Shown here piece after piece: positions 43,506 through 53,512 of a DNA stretch of 64,000 bases. The stretch covers positions 1,050 through 65,049 of the forward strand of contig JAGOKN010000003.1 of the NCBI GenBank assembly GCA_017994575.1, given 5' to 3'. The notes under the pieces were generated by a model. It saw only the letters and a program-made list of their open reading frames with translations, made no database searches and was not told the DNA's origin. This stretch comes from Nitrosomonas sp. (GTDB lineage: Bacteria > Pseudomonadota > Gammaproteobacteria > Burkholderiales > Nitrosomonadaceae). A program made the position numbers and the translations under genes. Positions within the stretch are counted from its first letter, which is position 1. Every line of letters starts with the position of its first letter.

Positions 43506-45263
43506 ATGATTTTATCTGCTCAACCCAATTTTAAAACCCATTTTGCTGAATTGCTGCATCAAGCCGCCAGCCGCATCACCACGTTGGATGCTGCCGTCCG
43601 CATTGAACTGGCACGCACCAAGCAAGCCAGTCATGGTGATTATTCCTGTAATCTGGCCATGCAACTGGCCAAGCCATTGCATAAAAATCCGCGTGAAATT
43701 GCTCAATTATTGATTGATGCTATGCCTGCTTCGTCTTATTTGGAGAAGATTGAAATCGCAGGCGCAGGATTTATCAATCTATTCCTTAAGCATGCCGCCA
43801 AGCAGCAATATTTGCATCATGTTCTGCATAGCCAAGAGGCTTTTGGCAGCAACCAGTTCGGTCAAGGAAAGAAAATTCAGGTGGAATTTGTTTCGGCCAA
43901 TCCAACCGGTCCATTGCATGTTGGCCATGGCCGTGGCGCAGCCATCGGCGCCAGTCTTTCCAATATACTGGCAGCGGCGGGTTTTGATGTTGCACGCGAA
44001 TTTTATGTGAATGACGCCGGGCGGCAGATGGATATCCTAACGCTGTCCACTTGGCTGCGTTATCTAGAATTGAACCATGTGCACATTCCTTTTCCCGCCA
44101 ATTCCTATCAGGGCGAATATGTGAAAAACATGGCGCAATTGATATTCCAGGCGCATGCAGATCGTTATGTGCATCAGCCGGCCATGTTGCTGGATGGTTT
44201 TCCGGAATCGGCCCACACTGAAGCGGTCGATACCGACGAGCAATTGGATAGATTGATTACCAATGCGAAAAAAATCCTGGGACAGGATTATGCTTATCTG
44301 CACAATTTCGTGCTGACCGAGCAATTAGGCGATTGCCGCAATGATTTAATGGAATTTGGCGTGGAATTCGATACCTGGTTTTCGGAGCAATCGTTGTTCG
44401 ATAATGGCCAGGTCGCACATACCATGCAATTGCTGGAAAGAAAGCATTATTTATATCAGCAGGATGGTGCTAAATGGTTTCGTTCAACGGATTTCGGTGA
44501 CGAAAAAGATCGGGTAGTGCAAAGGGAAAATGGCCAATTTACCTATTTTGCCTCCGACATCGCTTATCATCTGAATAAATTCGAACGCGATTTTGAGCAG
44601 GTCATCAATATCTGGGGAGCAGATCATCATGGCTATATTGCGCGGGTAAAGGGCGCTTTACAGGCACTGGAACTGGATCCGGCGAAGCTGGAAATTGCGC
44701 TGGTGCAGTTTGCTGTGCTGTATCGCGATGGAAAAAAAGCGCCCATGTCTACGCGTTCCGGCGAATTTGTCACGTTGCGGGAACTGCGCGAGGAAGTCGG
44801 CAAGGATGCGGCGCGGTTTTTTTATGTGATGCGTAAAAGTGATCAGCACCTGGATTTTGATCTTGATTTGGCTAAATCGCAAAGCAACGACAATCCGGTT
44901 TATTACGTACAGTACGCGCACGCGAGGGTTTGTAGCGTGCTGGCACAATGGGACGGCGATATGGCTACTTTGGCCACAGCCAGTATGGAGCCACTCTCCA
45001 GTCCTGCGGAGCTGGCCTTGCTGCAAAAGATCATCGATTTTCCCGACACTGTGGAAGCGGCTGCCAAGGAATTTTCACCGCATCTTATTGCTTTTTATCT
45101 TAGAGAGCTGGCAAGTGAGTTTCATAGTTACTATAATTCGACACGTTTCCTGGTGCCAGAACTTTCATTGCTGTATGCGCGCTTGGCGCTGATTGCCTCC
45201 ATCCGGCAGATATTGAATAATGGTCTCAAGCTACTGGGCGTCAGTGCACCTGATAAAATGTAA
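43506..45263 (+). CDS. argS: Arginyl-tRNA synthetase
   Basis: SANPTGPLHVGHGRGA, WGADHHGY, MSTRSG, YVQYAHAR. Confidence 0.98.
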   Translation: MILSAQPNFKTHFAELLHQAASRITTLDAAVRIELARTKQASHGDYSCNLAMQLAKPLHKNPREIAQLLIDAMPASSYLEKIEIAGAGFINLFLKHAAKQQYLHHVLHSQEAFGSNQFGQGKKIQVEFVSANPTGPLHVGHGRGAAIGASLSNILAAAGFDVAREFYVNDAGRQMDILTLSTWLRYLELNHVHIPFPANSYQGEYVKNMAQLIFQAHADRYVHQPAMLLDGFPESAHTEAVDTDEQLDRLITNAKKILGQDYAYLHNFVLTEQLGDCRNDLMEFGVEFDTWFSEQSLFDNGQVAHTMQLLERKHYLYQQDGAKWFRSTDFGDEKDRVVQRENGQFTYFASDIAYHLNKFERDFEQVINIWGADHHGYIARVKGALQALELDPAKLEIALVQFAVLYRDGKKAPMSTRSGEFVTLRELREEVGKDAARFFYVMRKSDQHLDFDLDLAKSQSNDNPVYYVQYAHARVCSVLAQWDGDMATLATASMEPLSSPAELALLQKIIDFPDTVEAAAKEFSPHLIAFYLRELASEFHSYYNSTRFLVPELSLLYARLALIASIRQILNNGLKLLGVSAPDKM

Positions 45264-45287
45264 CCGAATTCACCCATAAGGATACTC

Positions 45288-46097
45288 ATGAGTCGAGACT
45301 ATAAGACCCGTAAGGCTTCAAATTCTACCAAGGAAGGCGGAGGTTCTGCTTTTTTTGGTGGATTCGTCGGTTACGCATTAGGGCTTGTGAGTGCCATCGG
45401 GATCTGGTTGTATATCAATTATGCGCCCAGCCCATTTCTATCCAATGAAAAAGTGATCAGTTCATCAGAGAAAGTAGAAAAAGCCGAACCTAAACCGGCT
45501 CCCGAGCAATCAAAAACACCTGCAAAAACGGCGCCTGAAGAGTCTATCGTCGCGATCGAAGAAAAACCCCGTTTCGATTTTTATAAGATACTGCCCGGTA
45601 TTGAAGAGCCGGAGATCGATCCAGCCTACAAACGCATGGAAGAAAAGCCGACTCAGCCGCCAGTGCCGCCCAAGATTCCAGAGGTGAGTCCTAAATCGGT
45701 GGAAATGGTGAAACCGCCGGTAGCGGCTGTTCAACCCAGCGTTTCTCCGACTGACACCAAGTCGCAATTGGCCACGATCCATCCACGCACCCCATCCACC
45801 CAGCCATCTACAGACACGCTGCAACCGACGGTCACTCCACAAACCAAGAGCACTAAACCGGCGGAAAAATTCTTCCTGCAAGCCGGATCATTCAGGAGCC
45901 GCGATGATGCCGAAAATATGAAAGCAAGGCTTGCGCTACTGGGTGCGATAGCCTCCATCCAGCCTATTGATCTGGCCGAGAAAGGCACTTGGTATAGAGT
46001 GCGTGTCGGGCCTTTTGCTAATAGAGCAGATGTGGATGAAATCAGCGCTACTTTAAGAGAAAATGGAATCGCCGCGCAATTTATTAAGGCAAATTGA
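45288..46097 (+). CDS. SPOR-domain cell division protein (FtsN-like)
   Basis: N-terminal TM, FDFYKILP, Pro-rich linker, LQAGSF...WYRVRVGPF; lies between argS and dsbA. Confidence 0.88.
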   Translation: MSRDYKTRKASNSTKEGGGSAFFGGFVGYALGLVSAIGIWLYINYAPSPFLSNEKVISSSEKVEKAEPKPAPEQSKTPAKTAPEESIVAIEEKPRFDFYKILPGIEEPEIDPAYKRMEEKPTQPPVPPKIPEVSPKSVEMVKPPVAAVQPSVSPTDTKSQLATIHPRTPSTQPSTDTLQPTVTPQTKSTKPAEKFFLQAGSFRSRDDAENMKARLALLGAIASIQPIDLAEKGTWYRVRVGPFANRADVDEISATLRENGIAAQFIKAN

Positions 46098-46155
46098 GAT
46101 GGTCTTGCAAGCAGCAAAGTATTAACCCGTTAGATAATTTATTTAAGGAGTTAGC

Positions 46156-46803
46156 ATGAGTCGACGTCAATCACTTGCAGTTTTTTTGTTATTGCTGAGT
46201 TTTGGTCTAATCAATAGTTTGAGTGTGCGTGCAGATATTGTTGAAGGTAGGGATTATACGGTGGTCGCAAACCCACAACCCATTGAGAATGCTGATAGAA
46301 TTGAGGTCCTGGAGTTTTTCTGGTATGGCTGCCCGCATTGCTACAGCTTGCATCCGCATCTTAAAGCTTGGCTGAAGAATATGCCCAGTGATGTGAGTTT
46401 TCGCTATGTACCAGCCATTCTGCGTGCTAACTGGGTATCGGGTGCAAAATTGTTCTATACCGTAGAAGTGCTCAAACTGACCGATACATTGCATGACAAA
46501 ATTTTTGATGCCATCCATCGGGACAAAATTGATCTGGATAAAGAGCCTACTTTATTTGATTGGATTGAAAAGCAAGGTATCGATAGAAAAAAATTTGAAG
46601 ATACCTATAGATCTTTCGCAGTACAGAATCACGTTGCCAGATCAACGCAAATGACACGTCAGTATCAATTGATGGGCGTTCCGGCGCTGGCCGTTAACGG
46701 TAAATACCTGACCAGTGGCAAAAAAGGCGGAACTCCGCAAGATACGGTCAAGGCTTTGGAGGAGCTGATTGAAAAGGTACGTAAAGAGAAAACCGCCAGC
46801 TAA
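46156..46803 (+). CDS. dsbA: Thiol:disulfide interchange protein DsbA
   Basis: EFFWYGCPHCY and GVPALAVNGKY. Confidence 0.93.
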   Translation: MSRRQSLAVFLLLLSFGLINSLSVRADIVEGRDYTVVANPQPIENADRIEVLEFFWYGCPHCYSLHPHLKAWLKNMPSDVSFRYVPAILRANWVSGAKLFYTVEVLKLTDTLHDKIFDAIHRDKIDLDKEPTLFDWIEKQGIDRKKFEDTYRSFAVQNHVARSTQMTRQYQLMGVPALAVNGKYLTSGKKGGTPQDTVKALEELIEKVRKEKTAS

Positions 46804-46869
46804 TCCCTGTGAGTGACAGGTATCGTCAGGCAAGGCGTTTTTTTATGATATTTTCCAGGTGAAACTTCA

Positions 46870-47334
46870 ATGGCAACGAGCAAGATAATTTTTGGGGCAG
46901 GTTGTTTTTGGGGCGTGGAAGTGGCTTTTCGTCGTATCCGGGGCGTAACCAATGCCACTTGCGGCTATTCCGGCGGTCATACTGAGCATCCAACGTATGA
47001 CGCCGTGTGCAGTAACACTACTGGTCATATCGAAGTCGTTCTGGTTGAGTATGATTCAGCGGTAGTCAGTTTGGAAACATTGCTGGAGCATTTCTGGAAT
47101 TGCCATAATCCCACGACTCAGGATCGCCAGGGTTATGATGTTGGCACGCAATACCGTTCGGTGATCTTCTTTTTCACACCCGAACAGGAGGCTATCGCTC
47201 AAGCCTCTATGCATCAGCTGCAGCAAAGTGGACGCTGGCAGGATGCTGTGGTGACAAAAATCTTACCTGTGGCTCAATTTTACGTTGCTGAAGAATATCA
47301 TCAGAATTATTTCAACAAGCATGACATTCATTAA
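46870..47334 (+). CDS. msrA: Peptide methionine sulfoxide reductase A
   Basis: GCFWG, GTQYRS, AEEYHQNY. Confidence 0.96.
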   Translation: MATSKIIFGAGCFWGVEVAFRRIRGVTNATCGYSGGHTEHPTYDAVCSNTTGHIEVVLVEYDSAVVSLETLLEHFWNCHNPTTQDRQGYDVGTQYRSVIFFFTPEQEAIAQASMHQLQQSGRWQDAVVTKILPVAQFYVAEEYHQNYFNKHDIH

Positions 47335-47383
47335 TATCTTTTTATCAAGATAAAATAGGGATCACTTATCGAATAGGCAGAAA

Positions 47384-48001
47384 ATGACTAAATCTACAGG
47401 TTGCTTATTTATTATCAGCGCACCCTCGGGTGCTGGAAAAACCAGCTTGGTTAAGGCATTGCTCAAATCGGGCCTGAACCTGAGCTTATCGATTTCGCAC
47501 ACCACGCGCCCACCGCGTTCAGAGGAAGTGAACGGACGTGATTATCATTTTGTGAGTGAAGACACCTTCAGGAAGATGCTTGTCAATGGAGAATTTCTGG
47601 AGAGTGCGGAGGTTTATGGCAATCTGTATGGCACATCGCAGAAATGGATTGACCAGGCAGTGGCATCCGGGCGCGATATTCTGCTTGAGATTGATTGCCA
47701 GGGCGCCAAGCAAGTACATCAGTTTTTCCCTGAATCCATTAGTATTTTTATTTTGCCGCCATCAGCTGATGCCTTGGCGATGCGATTAAAAGCACGGGCG
47801 CAAGATGATGTAGATGTCATTCAACAACGGTTAGCCGCTGCCCGCGAAGAAGTCAGTCATATCGGTGAGTTTGATTATGTTATTATCAACAACAAACTGG
47901 AAGAAGCCCTTAATGATTTGACTTGTATCGTTAAAGCAGAGCGCTTAAAAAGAGTGCGCCAGATGGCTACGCACTGTGTATTGATTACTCAGCTGACCTA
48001 G
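47384..48001 (+). CDS. gmk: Guanylate kinase
   Basis: APSGAGKTS, TTRPPR, YGNLYGTS. Confidence 0.97.
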   Translation: MTKSTGCLFIISAPSGAGKTSLVKALLKSGLNLSLSISHTTRPPRSEEVNGRDYHFVSEDTFRKMLVNGEFLESAEVYGNLYGTSQKWIDQAVASGRDILLEIDCQGAKQVHQFFPESISIFILPPSADALAMRLKARAQDDVDVIQQRLAAAREEVSHIGEFDYVIINNKLEEALNDLTCIVKAERLKRVRQMATHCVLITQLT

Positions 48002-48071
48002 TCGTTTTTTATGATGGTATAGTTTTTTAACCTTTGTTTATCTAAATTCTTTAATAACCGAGACTAAGCCC

Positions 48072-48278
48072 ATGGCACGAATTACCGTTGATGATTGCTT
48101 AAAAAGAATTCCTAATAGATTTGACATGACATTAGTGGCGACAGCCCGAGCCAGGCAATTGGCGATTGGTTCAGCACCGATGGTGGAACCTGCACGTGAT
48201 AAGCCGACCGTTGTTGCTTTGCGTGAATTGGCGCAAGGAAAAATTGGCATGGATATTTTGAATCCCAAAAATATGTGA
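48072..48278 (+). CDS. rpoZ: RNA polymerase omega subunit
   Basis: [10 protein letters not shown]...[16 protein letters not shown]; gmk-rpoZ-spoT order. Confidence 0.97.
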   Translation: MARITVDDCLKRIPNRFDMTLVATARARQLAIGSAPMVEPARDKPTVVALRELAQGKIGMDILNPKNM

Positions 48279-48570
48279 TGTATCAGTATCCATGACAGAC
48301 TGATTATGCATTGATTGCAGTGCGATTGTGCCTGTAGTGTGATCATTGTGTAATTGGTGTGCCGGTATTTTGTAACTATTTTCCTCAGCTACAGAATCAA
48401 GTCTTATTACTTTCTTTCATTCGCAGTAAATCCCATCATATAATCCATCAAAGATCAGTTTGAGAAGCTTGATCATCATCTGAATGATCTGAATCGACAA
48501 TCTGCTTTGTTTATCGCTGCAAAATAATTGAGCATCCTTTAAGTGAGTATCTTTGAGTTGATTAAATTCC

Positions 48571-50676
48571 ATGTCTGAAGCCGACTTTCTATTTTCAGAG
48601 ACAGCGCAATATCTTAAACCGGAAGATATAGAGCAACTGAGGAATGCTTATGTATTTGGTCAGGGTGCTCATTCCGGGCAATTCCGCAAATCAGGTGAAC
48701 CTTATATCTCTCACCCATTAGCAGTAGCGAGGATTTTGAGTAAACTGCATCTGGATGCACCTACGCTGACGGCGGCTTTATTGCATGATGTAGTGGAAGA
48801 TACCGATATTTCCAAAACGGAGATCAGTGAACGGTTTGGCGAGCCGGTGGCAGAATTGGTGGATGGTGTGTCAAAACTGGCGAAGATTGAATTCCAAACA
48901 CAGGAGGAAGCTCAAGCTGAGAATTTCCGCAAGATGCTGTTGGCGATGGCGCGAGATGTTCGTGTCATTCTGATTAAGCTGGCCGATCGATTGCATAATA
49001 TGCGTACGCTTGAAGCCATGTTGCCGATCAAACAGCGCAGCATTGCCCGCGAAACGCTTGAAATTTATGCACCCATTGCACATCGATTGGGACTAAACAA
49101 TATCTACCAGGAATTGCAAGAGCTCGGGTTCCGTTATTCTTATCCCACGCGCTACAAAGTGTTGGTCAAAGCGACTAAGTCTGCGCGTGGTAATCGGCGT
49201 GAGGTCGTGGGGAAGATTCTGGAAGCGATCAAGCAGAAACTAGCAGAAGTGGGACTGGATGCGGAAGTCAATGGACGCGAGAAGCATCTGTACAGCATCT
49301 ATACCAAGATGGTCGATAAGCATTTATCATTTTCCGAAGTGCTTGATATTTATGGTTTCCGCGTAGTGGTCAAAGACATTCCCTCGTGCTATGTCGCATT
49401 AGGTATGCTGCATAGTTTATATAGACCCATTCCCGGTAAGTTCAAAGACTATATAGCCATTCCTAAGGCCAATGGCTATCAATCCTTGCATAGCACTTTG
49501 TTAGGTCCGTTCGGTATTCCGATTGAAATACAAATTCGCACGGCAGAAATGCACCGCATTGCCGAGAATGGCGTTGCCTCACATTGGTTGTATAAAAGCT
49601 CGGATGGTGATTTCAATGATCTGCACTTGAAAACCAGCCAATGGTTGCAAAGCTTACTGGAAACGCTAAGTGGATCGACCGATTCTCTGGAATTTCTAGA
49701 GCATCTCAAAATCGATTTGTTTCCCGGCGATGTTTACGTGTTCACTCCGCAAGGAAAAATTCTGACGCTGCCCAGAGGATCGACTGCTGTCGATTTTGCC
49801 TATGCGGTGCATTCTGATGTTGGCAATTGCTGCGTGGCGGTTAAAATTAATGGTGAGAATGCGCCGCTGCGCACCAAACTCAAAAGCGGCGATCGGGTGG
49901 AAATTATCACCGCTCCCTATGCAAAACCCAATCCAGCCTGGTTGGGATATGTGGCAACGGGGAGGGCGCGCTCGCATATTCGTCACTTCCTGAAAACTAT
50001 CCAATACGACGAATCAGTCAAATTGGGAGAGCGTATGCTTAATCAGGCGCTGTTGTCTTTTAATATCAATCCGGAGGCAATTAGTGCCACGCAATGGGAA
50101 AAATTAGTACGCGACAGCGGTGTCAAATCCAAGGAAGAGTTATTGGCTGAAATGGCTCTAGGAAAACAATTGCCTGCGATTGTAGCGAAACGATTGATCT
50201 CACCGGTAGAATCCATTGCCAGCGAACAAACAGCCGGACCGATCATCATTATGGGGACCGAAGGGCTAACGGTGCAATTTGCCAAATGTTGTCGCCCTAT
50301 TCCAGGAGACCAGATTGTCGGGTTGATCAAGAAAGATCATGGTTTGGTCATCCATACGTATGATTGCGCCAATATTGCCCATAGCCAGAGAAACTCAGAA
50401 AATTACCTGGATGTGGCTTGGGGTAAAGACATCACTAGGGTTTTTGAAGCCAGTATCAAAGTGACTGCGGCGAATAAGCAAGGGGTATTGGCTCGAGTTG
50501 CGGCTGAAATCGCCAAAGCAGAATCGAATATTGATGATATCGCAATGGAAAATGAAGAGGATTACATGCAAATGCACTTTATTTTGCAAGTTAACAACCG
50601 CCATCATCTTGCGCAAATCATGCGTGGCCTGAGGCACCTTGAGGAAATCGCCAAAATCAGCCGAGTGAAAGGCTAA
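48571..50676 (+). CDS. spoT: Bifunctional (p)ppGpp synthetase/hydrolase
   Basis: Intact LHDVVED HD motif, NGYQSLH, TGS and ACT domains. Confidence 0.96.
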   Translation: MSEADFLFSETAQYLKPEDIEQLRNAYVFGQGAHSGQFRKSGEPYISHPLAVARILSKLHLDAPTLTAALLHDVVEDTDISKTEISERFGEPVAELVDGVSKLAKIEFQTQEEAQAENFRKMLLAMARDVRVILIKLADRLHNMRTLEAMLPIKQRSIARETLEIYAPIAHRLGLNNIYQELQELGFRYSYPTRYKVLVKATKSARGNRREVVGKILEAIKQKLAEVGLDAEVNGREKHLYSIYTKMVDKHLSFSEVLDIYGFRVVVKDIPSCYVALGMLHSLYRPIPGKFKDYIAIPKANGYQSLHSTLLGPFGIPIEIQIRTAEMHRIAENGVASHWLYKSSDGDFNDLHLKTSQWLQSLLETLSGSTDSLEFLEHLKIDLFPGDVYVFTPQGKILTLPRGSTAVDFAYAVHSDVGNCCVAVKINGENAPLRTKLKSGDRVEIITAPYAKPNPAWLGYVATGRARSHIRHFLKTIQYDESVKLGERMLNQALLSFNINPEAISATQWEKLVRDSGVKSKEELLAEMALGKQLPAIVAKRLISPVESIASEQTAGPIIIMGTEGLTVQFAKCCRPIPGDQIVGLIKKDHGLVIHTYDCANIAHSQRNSENYLDVAWGKDITRVFEASIKVTAANKQGVLARVAAEIAKAESNIDDIAMENEEDYMQMHFILQVNNRHHLAQIMRGLRHLEEIAKISRVKG

Positions 50677-50808
50677 CTAAGCCTAACTGCCGAGTGGTTT
50701 CGCTATACACTGCGTGTGGGCATTACTGCTATTTCTTTTTTGTGTGAATTAAACTCAACCGAACGGGTATTGTTTTCGTGACACGACACTTATATTGGGA
50801 GCGTAAGA

Positions 50809-52071
50809 ATGATTCGCCATGCATCTCTGTTTCTTGCAATATGCATTCTATCTTTACTCACTGCCTGCGCGAGTAAACCCCAAGTAAAGAAAACTACTTT
50901 ATCCATAGATAAATCCCAACCTGCAACACTATTCGAGCAACTCACCTTAAAGGGTGCAGGAAAAACGGTTTTTGAGGATGAAGGCAAATTCATTCTGATT
51001 GAAGGCAGTAAATGCATGCAACGCGACAAAGGAAGCGAGGCGGCGACTGTGTTGCAATGGATCGAAATGCCCAGCTATGTCGACAGCGGTACGGTGGTGT
51101 TGAATGGCTGGGACTTGCGCTATCTGAATCGCGATCGCGAGGTTCACGCCATGCGGGTAGATATCACGCACAGCAAGCTGGTTAAGAATGCAGGCTCCGC
51201 TTTTCTGGTATTTGAAGCGCAAGGAAAGCTGGAGGATCAAAATCGCGAAGAAGCCTATGAGTTTTGTGTGTTTTATACCGGATTTGGTTATCGTTCAGTT
51301 TGGTTTGATGCCACGATAGAGGGAGATTACAACGGAATCGAAACATCTTTACTGCAAACTAAGCGACAAGGTGCTGTCGCTACGCTGGAGAACACCGGCA
51401 GTAAAGGCACCTTAAAAACCAATGATGCTATTGCTATCATCCCGCGCGGATTTGATTTTCAATTCGATGATACTTTTGAATGCGAATTGCGTTTTCCGCC
51501 CTGCAAATGGGGTGATCGTGCTGATTATGACTTGTTGCAGATTGCTTACAGCCTGTCCCAAACCGGTGCTTCGCTCAGTGCTGATGGCAATCCGCATTGG
51601 GTCACTCAGACCATCTTTAAGGACAACGATACCCGTACACACCGGATTAAAACACGCGTCGCTCTGATCCGCGGCAGCAGCGTCAAATTGCGTGCAGATT
51701 TCCTGGCACTCAATCCGCGCATCGGTATAACCAGCACCTGCCGCAAAAATACTGACGGAATTGTGCGTACTCAAACATTTCGTATCAATGATTTGCCATT
51801 TGATTATGCTGTGCCAATGCTGACCGGTTGGGATCTGTCCAACGAGTGTGAAGAACAGCAGGTGCAGCGCGCGGGTATCTGGATACATGATATCCGCTTT
51901 GATCCGAATGCCCACAGCATGGAATATAAAGTATCGTCTATCCTGCGCGATCAGGATGGGGCACCCAGCTTCAATGCTGCGCATCGCATCACAGTATTGG
52001 GCTTGAATCGCCTGCTCCCACCGCCTCAGCAACGGGTTCCTGAAATTAATATTAGAATCAGGGAGCATTGA
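50809..52071 (+). CDS. Hypothetical lipoprotein with an internally triplicated beta-rich motif
   Basis: Lipobox LTAC; repeats VVLNGWDLRY / IIPRGFDFQF / PMLTGWDLSN. Confidence 0.78.
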   Translation: MIRHASLFLAICILSLLTACASKPQVKKTTLSIDKSQPATLFEQLTLKGAGKTVFEDEGKFILIEGSKCMQRDKGSEAATVLQWIEMPSYVDSGTVVLNGWDLRYLNRDREVHAMRVDITHSKLVKNAGSAFLVFEAQGKLEDQNREEAYEFCVFYTGFGYRSVWFDATIEGDYNGIETSLLQTKRQGAVATLENTGSKGTLKTNDAIAIIPRGFDFQFDDTFECELRFPPCKWGDRADYDLLQIAYSLSQTGASLSADGNPHWVTQTIFKDNDTRTHRIKTRVALIRGSSVKLRADFLALNPRIGITSTCRKNTDGIVRTQTFRINDLPFDYAVPMLTGWDLSNECEEQQVQRAGIWIHDIRFDPNAHSMEYKVSSILRDQDGAPSFNAAHRITVLGLNRLLPPPQQRVPEINIRIREH

Positions 52072-52174
52072 TTAAGAGATTCGGTGTATCTTGCTACTGA
52101 ACTTGATCGCCGCATAACCTGGGTACTTGGGAAAATTTTCTAATACATTACTTTTTATCAATTGAGGTAACTCG

Positions 52175-52705
52175 ATGAAATCAATCCCGGTGGATGAGGA
52201 TATTTATCAATATCTGCTATCAAAAGGCATGGGAACAGGACAAACGGCTTCTACCATTCTCCGACGTGAGTTGCGTGCAATAGAAATTGATGACGAACTT
52301 CATGCCATTCTACTGTCATTGGCTAGTAATCAAAATGAAACTATTTCGAGTACGCTGCGACGCGAACTGCATATTGATAGTGATCCGTCCAATTCGGACG
52401 ATCCACCGGAGCGGATTGAGTTTCGCATTCCTGCGGGAACCGGGACTGGCTCGTGGAATACCCGTGAACAAATGGTGATGGGCATCACTGGACAAACATT
52501 GCGGATTATCAATGATGACTCGGTAGATCACCGGCTGCATACAGGATCTGCACCCTTTCCCCATCCCATAGGCGTGATTCGACCTGGCGAATTTGCTGAT
52601 TTTGTCTTGCAATTCCCTTATGATGGAAATACGCAGCGGCCACTTTATGACCATATTGTCGGTCCGAACGCTCAGTTCTGGATCAATGTCAGCTCGGTGC
52701 CATGA
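52175..52705 (+). CDS. Tandem SeqA-N-like RHH repeats fused to a cupredoxin-like domain
   Basis: GAGG RBS; repeats IPVDEDIYQYLLS..G..ASTILRREL and IEIDDELHAILLS..ETISSTLRREL; C-terminal GQTLRIINDDSVDHRLH...IRPGE...LYDH. Confidence 0.75.
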   Translation: MKSIPVDEDIYQYLLSKGMGTGQTASTILRRELRAIEIDDELHAILLSLASNQNETISSTLRRELHIDSDPSNSDDPPERIEFRIPAGTGTGSWNTREQMVMGITGQTLRIINDDSVDHRLHTGSAPFPHPIGVIRPGEFADFVLQFPYDGNTQRPLYDHIVGPNAQFWINVSSVP

Positions 52706-52744
52706 ATATTAAAACGGGCTCTATGCATCTTTGTGCATATTGTT

Positions 52745-53023
52745 TCAGCACTCATCCTCTTTGTTAATGAGGTCCTTGCCCATGCAATCAATGAGCCATT
52801 CATCATCGCTTTGATCATACAGCTCGTCGGCTATATCCCATTCGTTGCAATTGGTTGCCTGATAAGCGATATCATGAGTCACTTGAGCAGATGTTGTTTC
52901 ATCAAAAATCTCATCTCCTTCATATTCCCACTTAAAGTCACGTTGGGTAGGGGCGTTAGGCGTCTCGGTTTCAGTTTTTGTTTGCAACAACCAGTGATCG
53001 CTATCTGTTCCAGCAAAAGCCAT
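52745..53023 (-). CDS. Small highly acidic hypothetical protein
   Basis: Strong AGGAGG RBS before the ATG; D/E-rich 92 aa. Confidence 0.6.
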   Translation of the reverse strand: MAFAGTDSDHWLLQTKTETETPNAPTQRDFKWEYEGDEIFDETTSAQVTHDIAYQATNCNEWDIADELYDQSDDEWLIDCMGKDLINKEDEC

Positions 53024-53149
53024 TGTTTCCTCCTGTACAAATTAGAGATAACGGTTAGAAATAACCAGATATACACAAATTAGCGTGAAAAAAATAACAA
53101 TGCTGTGAATAAACTCACATAAAGAATAGGCATTTGTGAAAACTCCAAC

Positions 53150-53400
53150 TGGAGTTGACAACAATCCCATAGAAAATGTTATTAGACCTATGAGACCTCT
53201 GCATAACTGGCTTTATCGAATGCGTGAGCTCTGTAAGCATTTGATTTAATTATGATGGAAACGAACAGAAAAGCTCAAAAACACAGTGATGCAGAGATCT
53301 CCATCGCGATTGGAAAAAAGAATTGGTTATTTACCGGTTCAGAGCGTGCAGGCCAACGTGCAACAGCTATTCAAACTCTATTGGGTACTGCTCAACTCAA
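53150..53400 (+). pseudogene. IS66-family transposase C-terminal remnant interrupted by a MITE
   Basis: VDNNPIENVIRP|IAIGKKNWLFTGSERAGQRATAIQTLLGTAQL. Confidence 0.8.
53192..53301. mobile_element. 110-bp MITE family B, copy 2
   Basis: Reverse complement of 18778..18887 with 8 mismatches counted by eye. Confidence 0.85.
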
Positions 53401-53443
53401 AGTTTTAATAAGCGTTTATCATAGATTTTTCTAAGAGCAGAAT

Positions 53444-53470
53444 AAAAAAGCCCGGCTATAACGGGCTTTG
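53444..53470 (-). terminator. Intrinsic terminator for the 53917..53513 gene
   Basis: Minus strand AAAGCCCG-N7-CGGGCTTTTTT. Confidence 0.75.
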
Positions 53471-53512
53471 TGCTGTTATAACTACCAGGGCACAATCATG
53501 CGCCCCTACGGG

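Noticed and set aside
51412-52068. Long antisense ORFs (e.g. 51412..52068, 35192..35707, 58780..59271)
   Set aside because: Shadow frames of better-supported genes on the opposite strand, without motifs.
52175-52705. Calling this gene seqA
   Set aside because: It lacks the C-terminal hemimethylated-GATC-binding domain; only the N-terminal module is similar.
53252-53434. 60-aa ORF
   Set aside because: Chimera of MITE B sequence and an IS66 transposase remnant.
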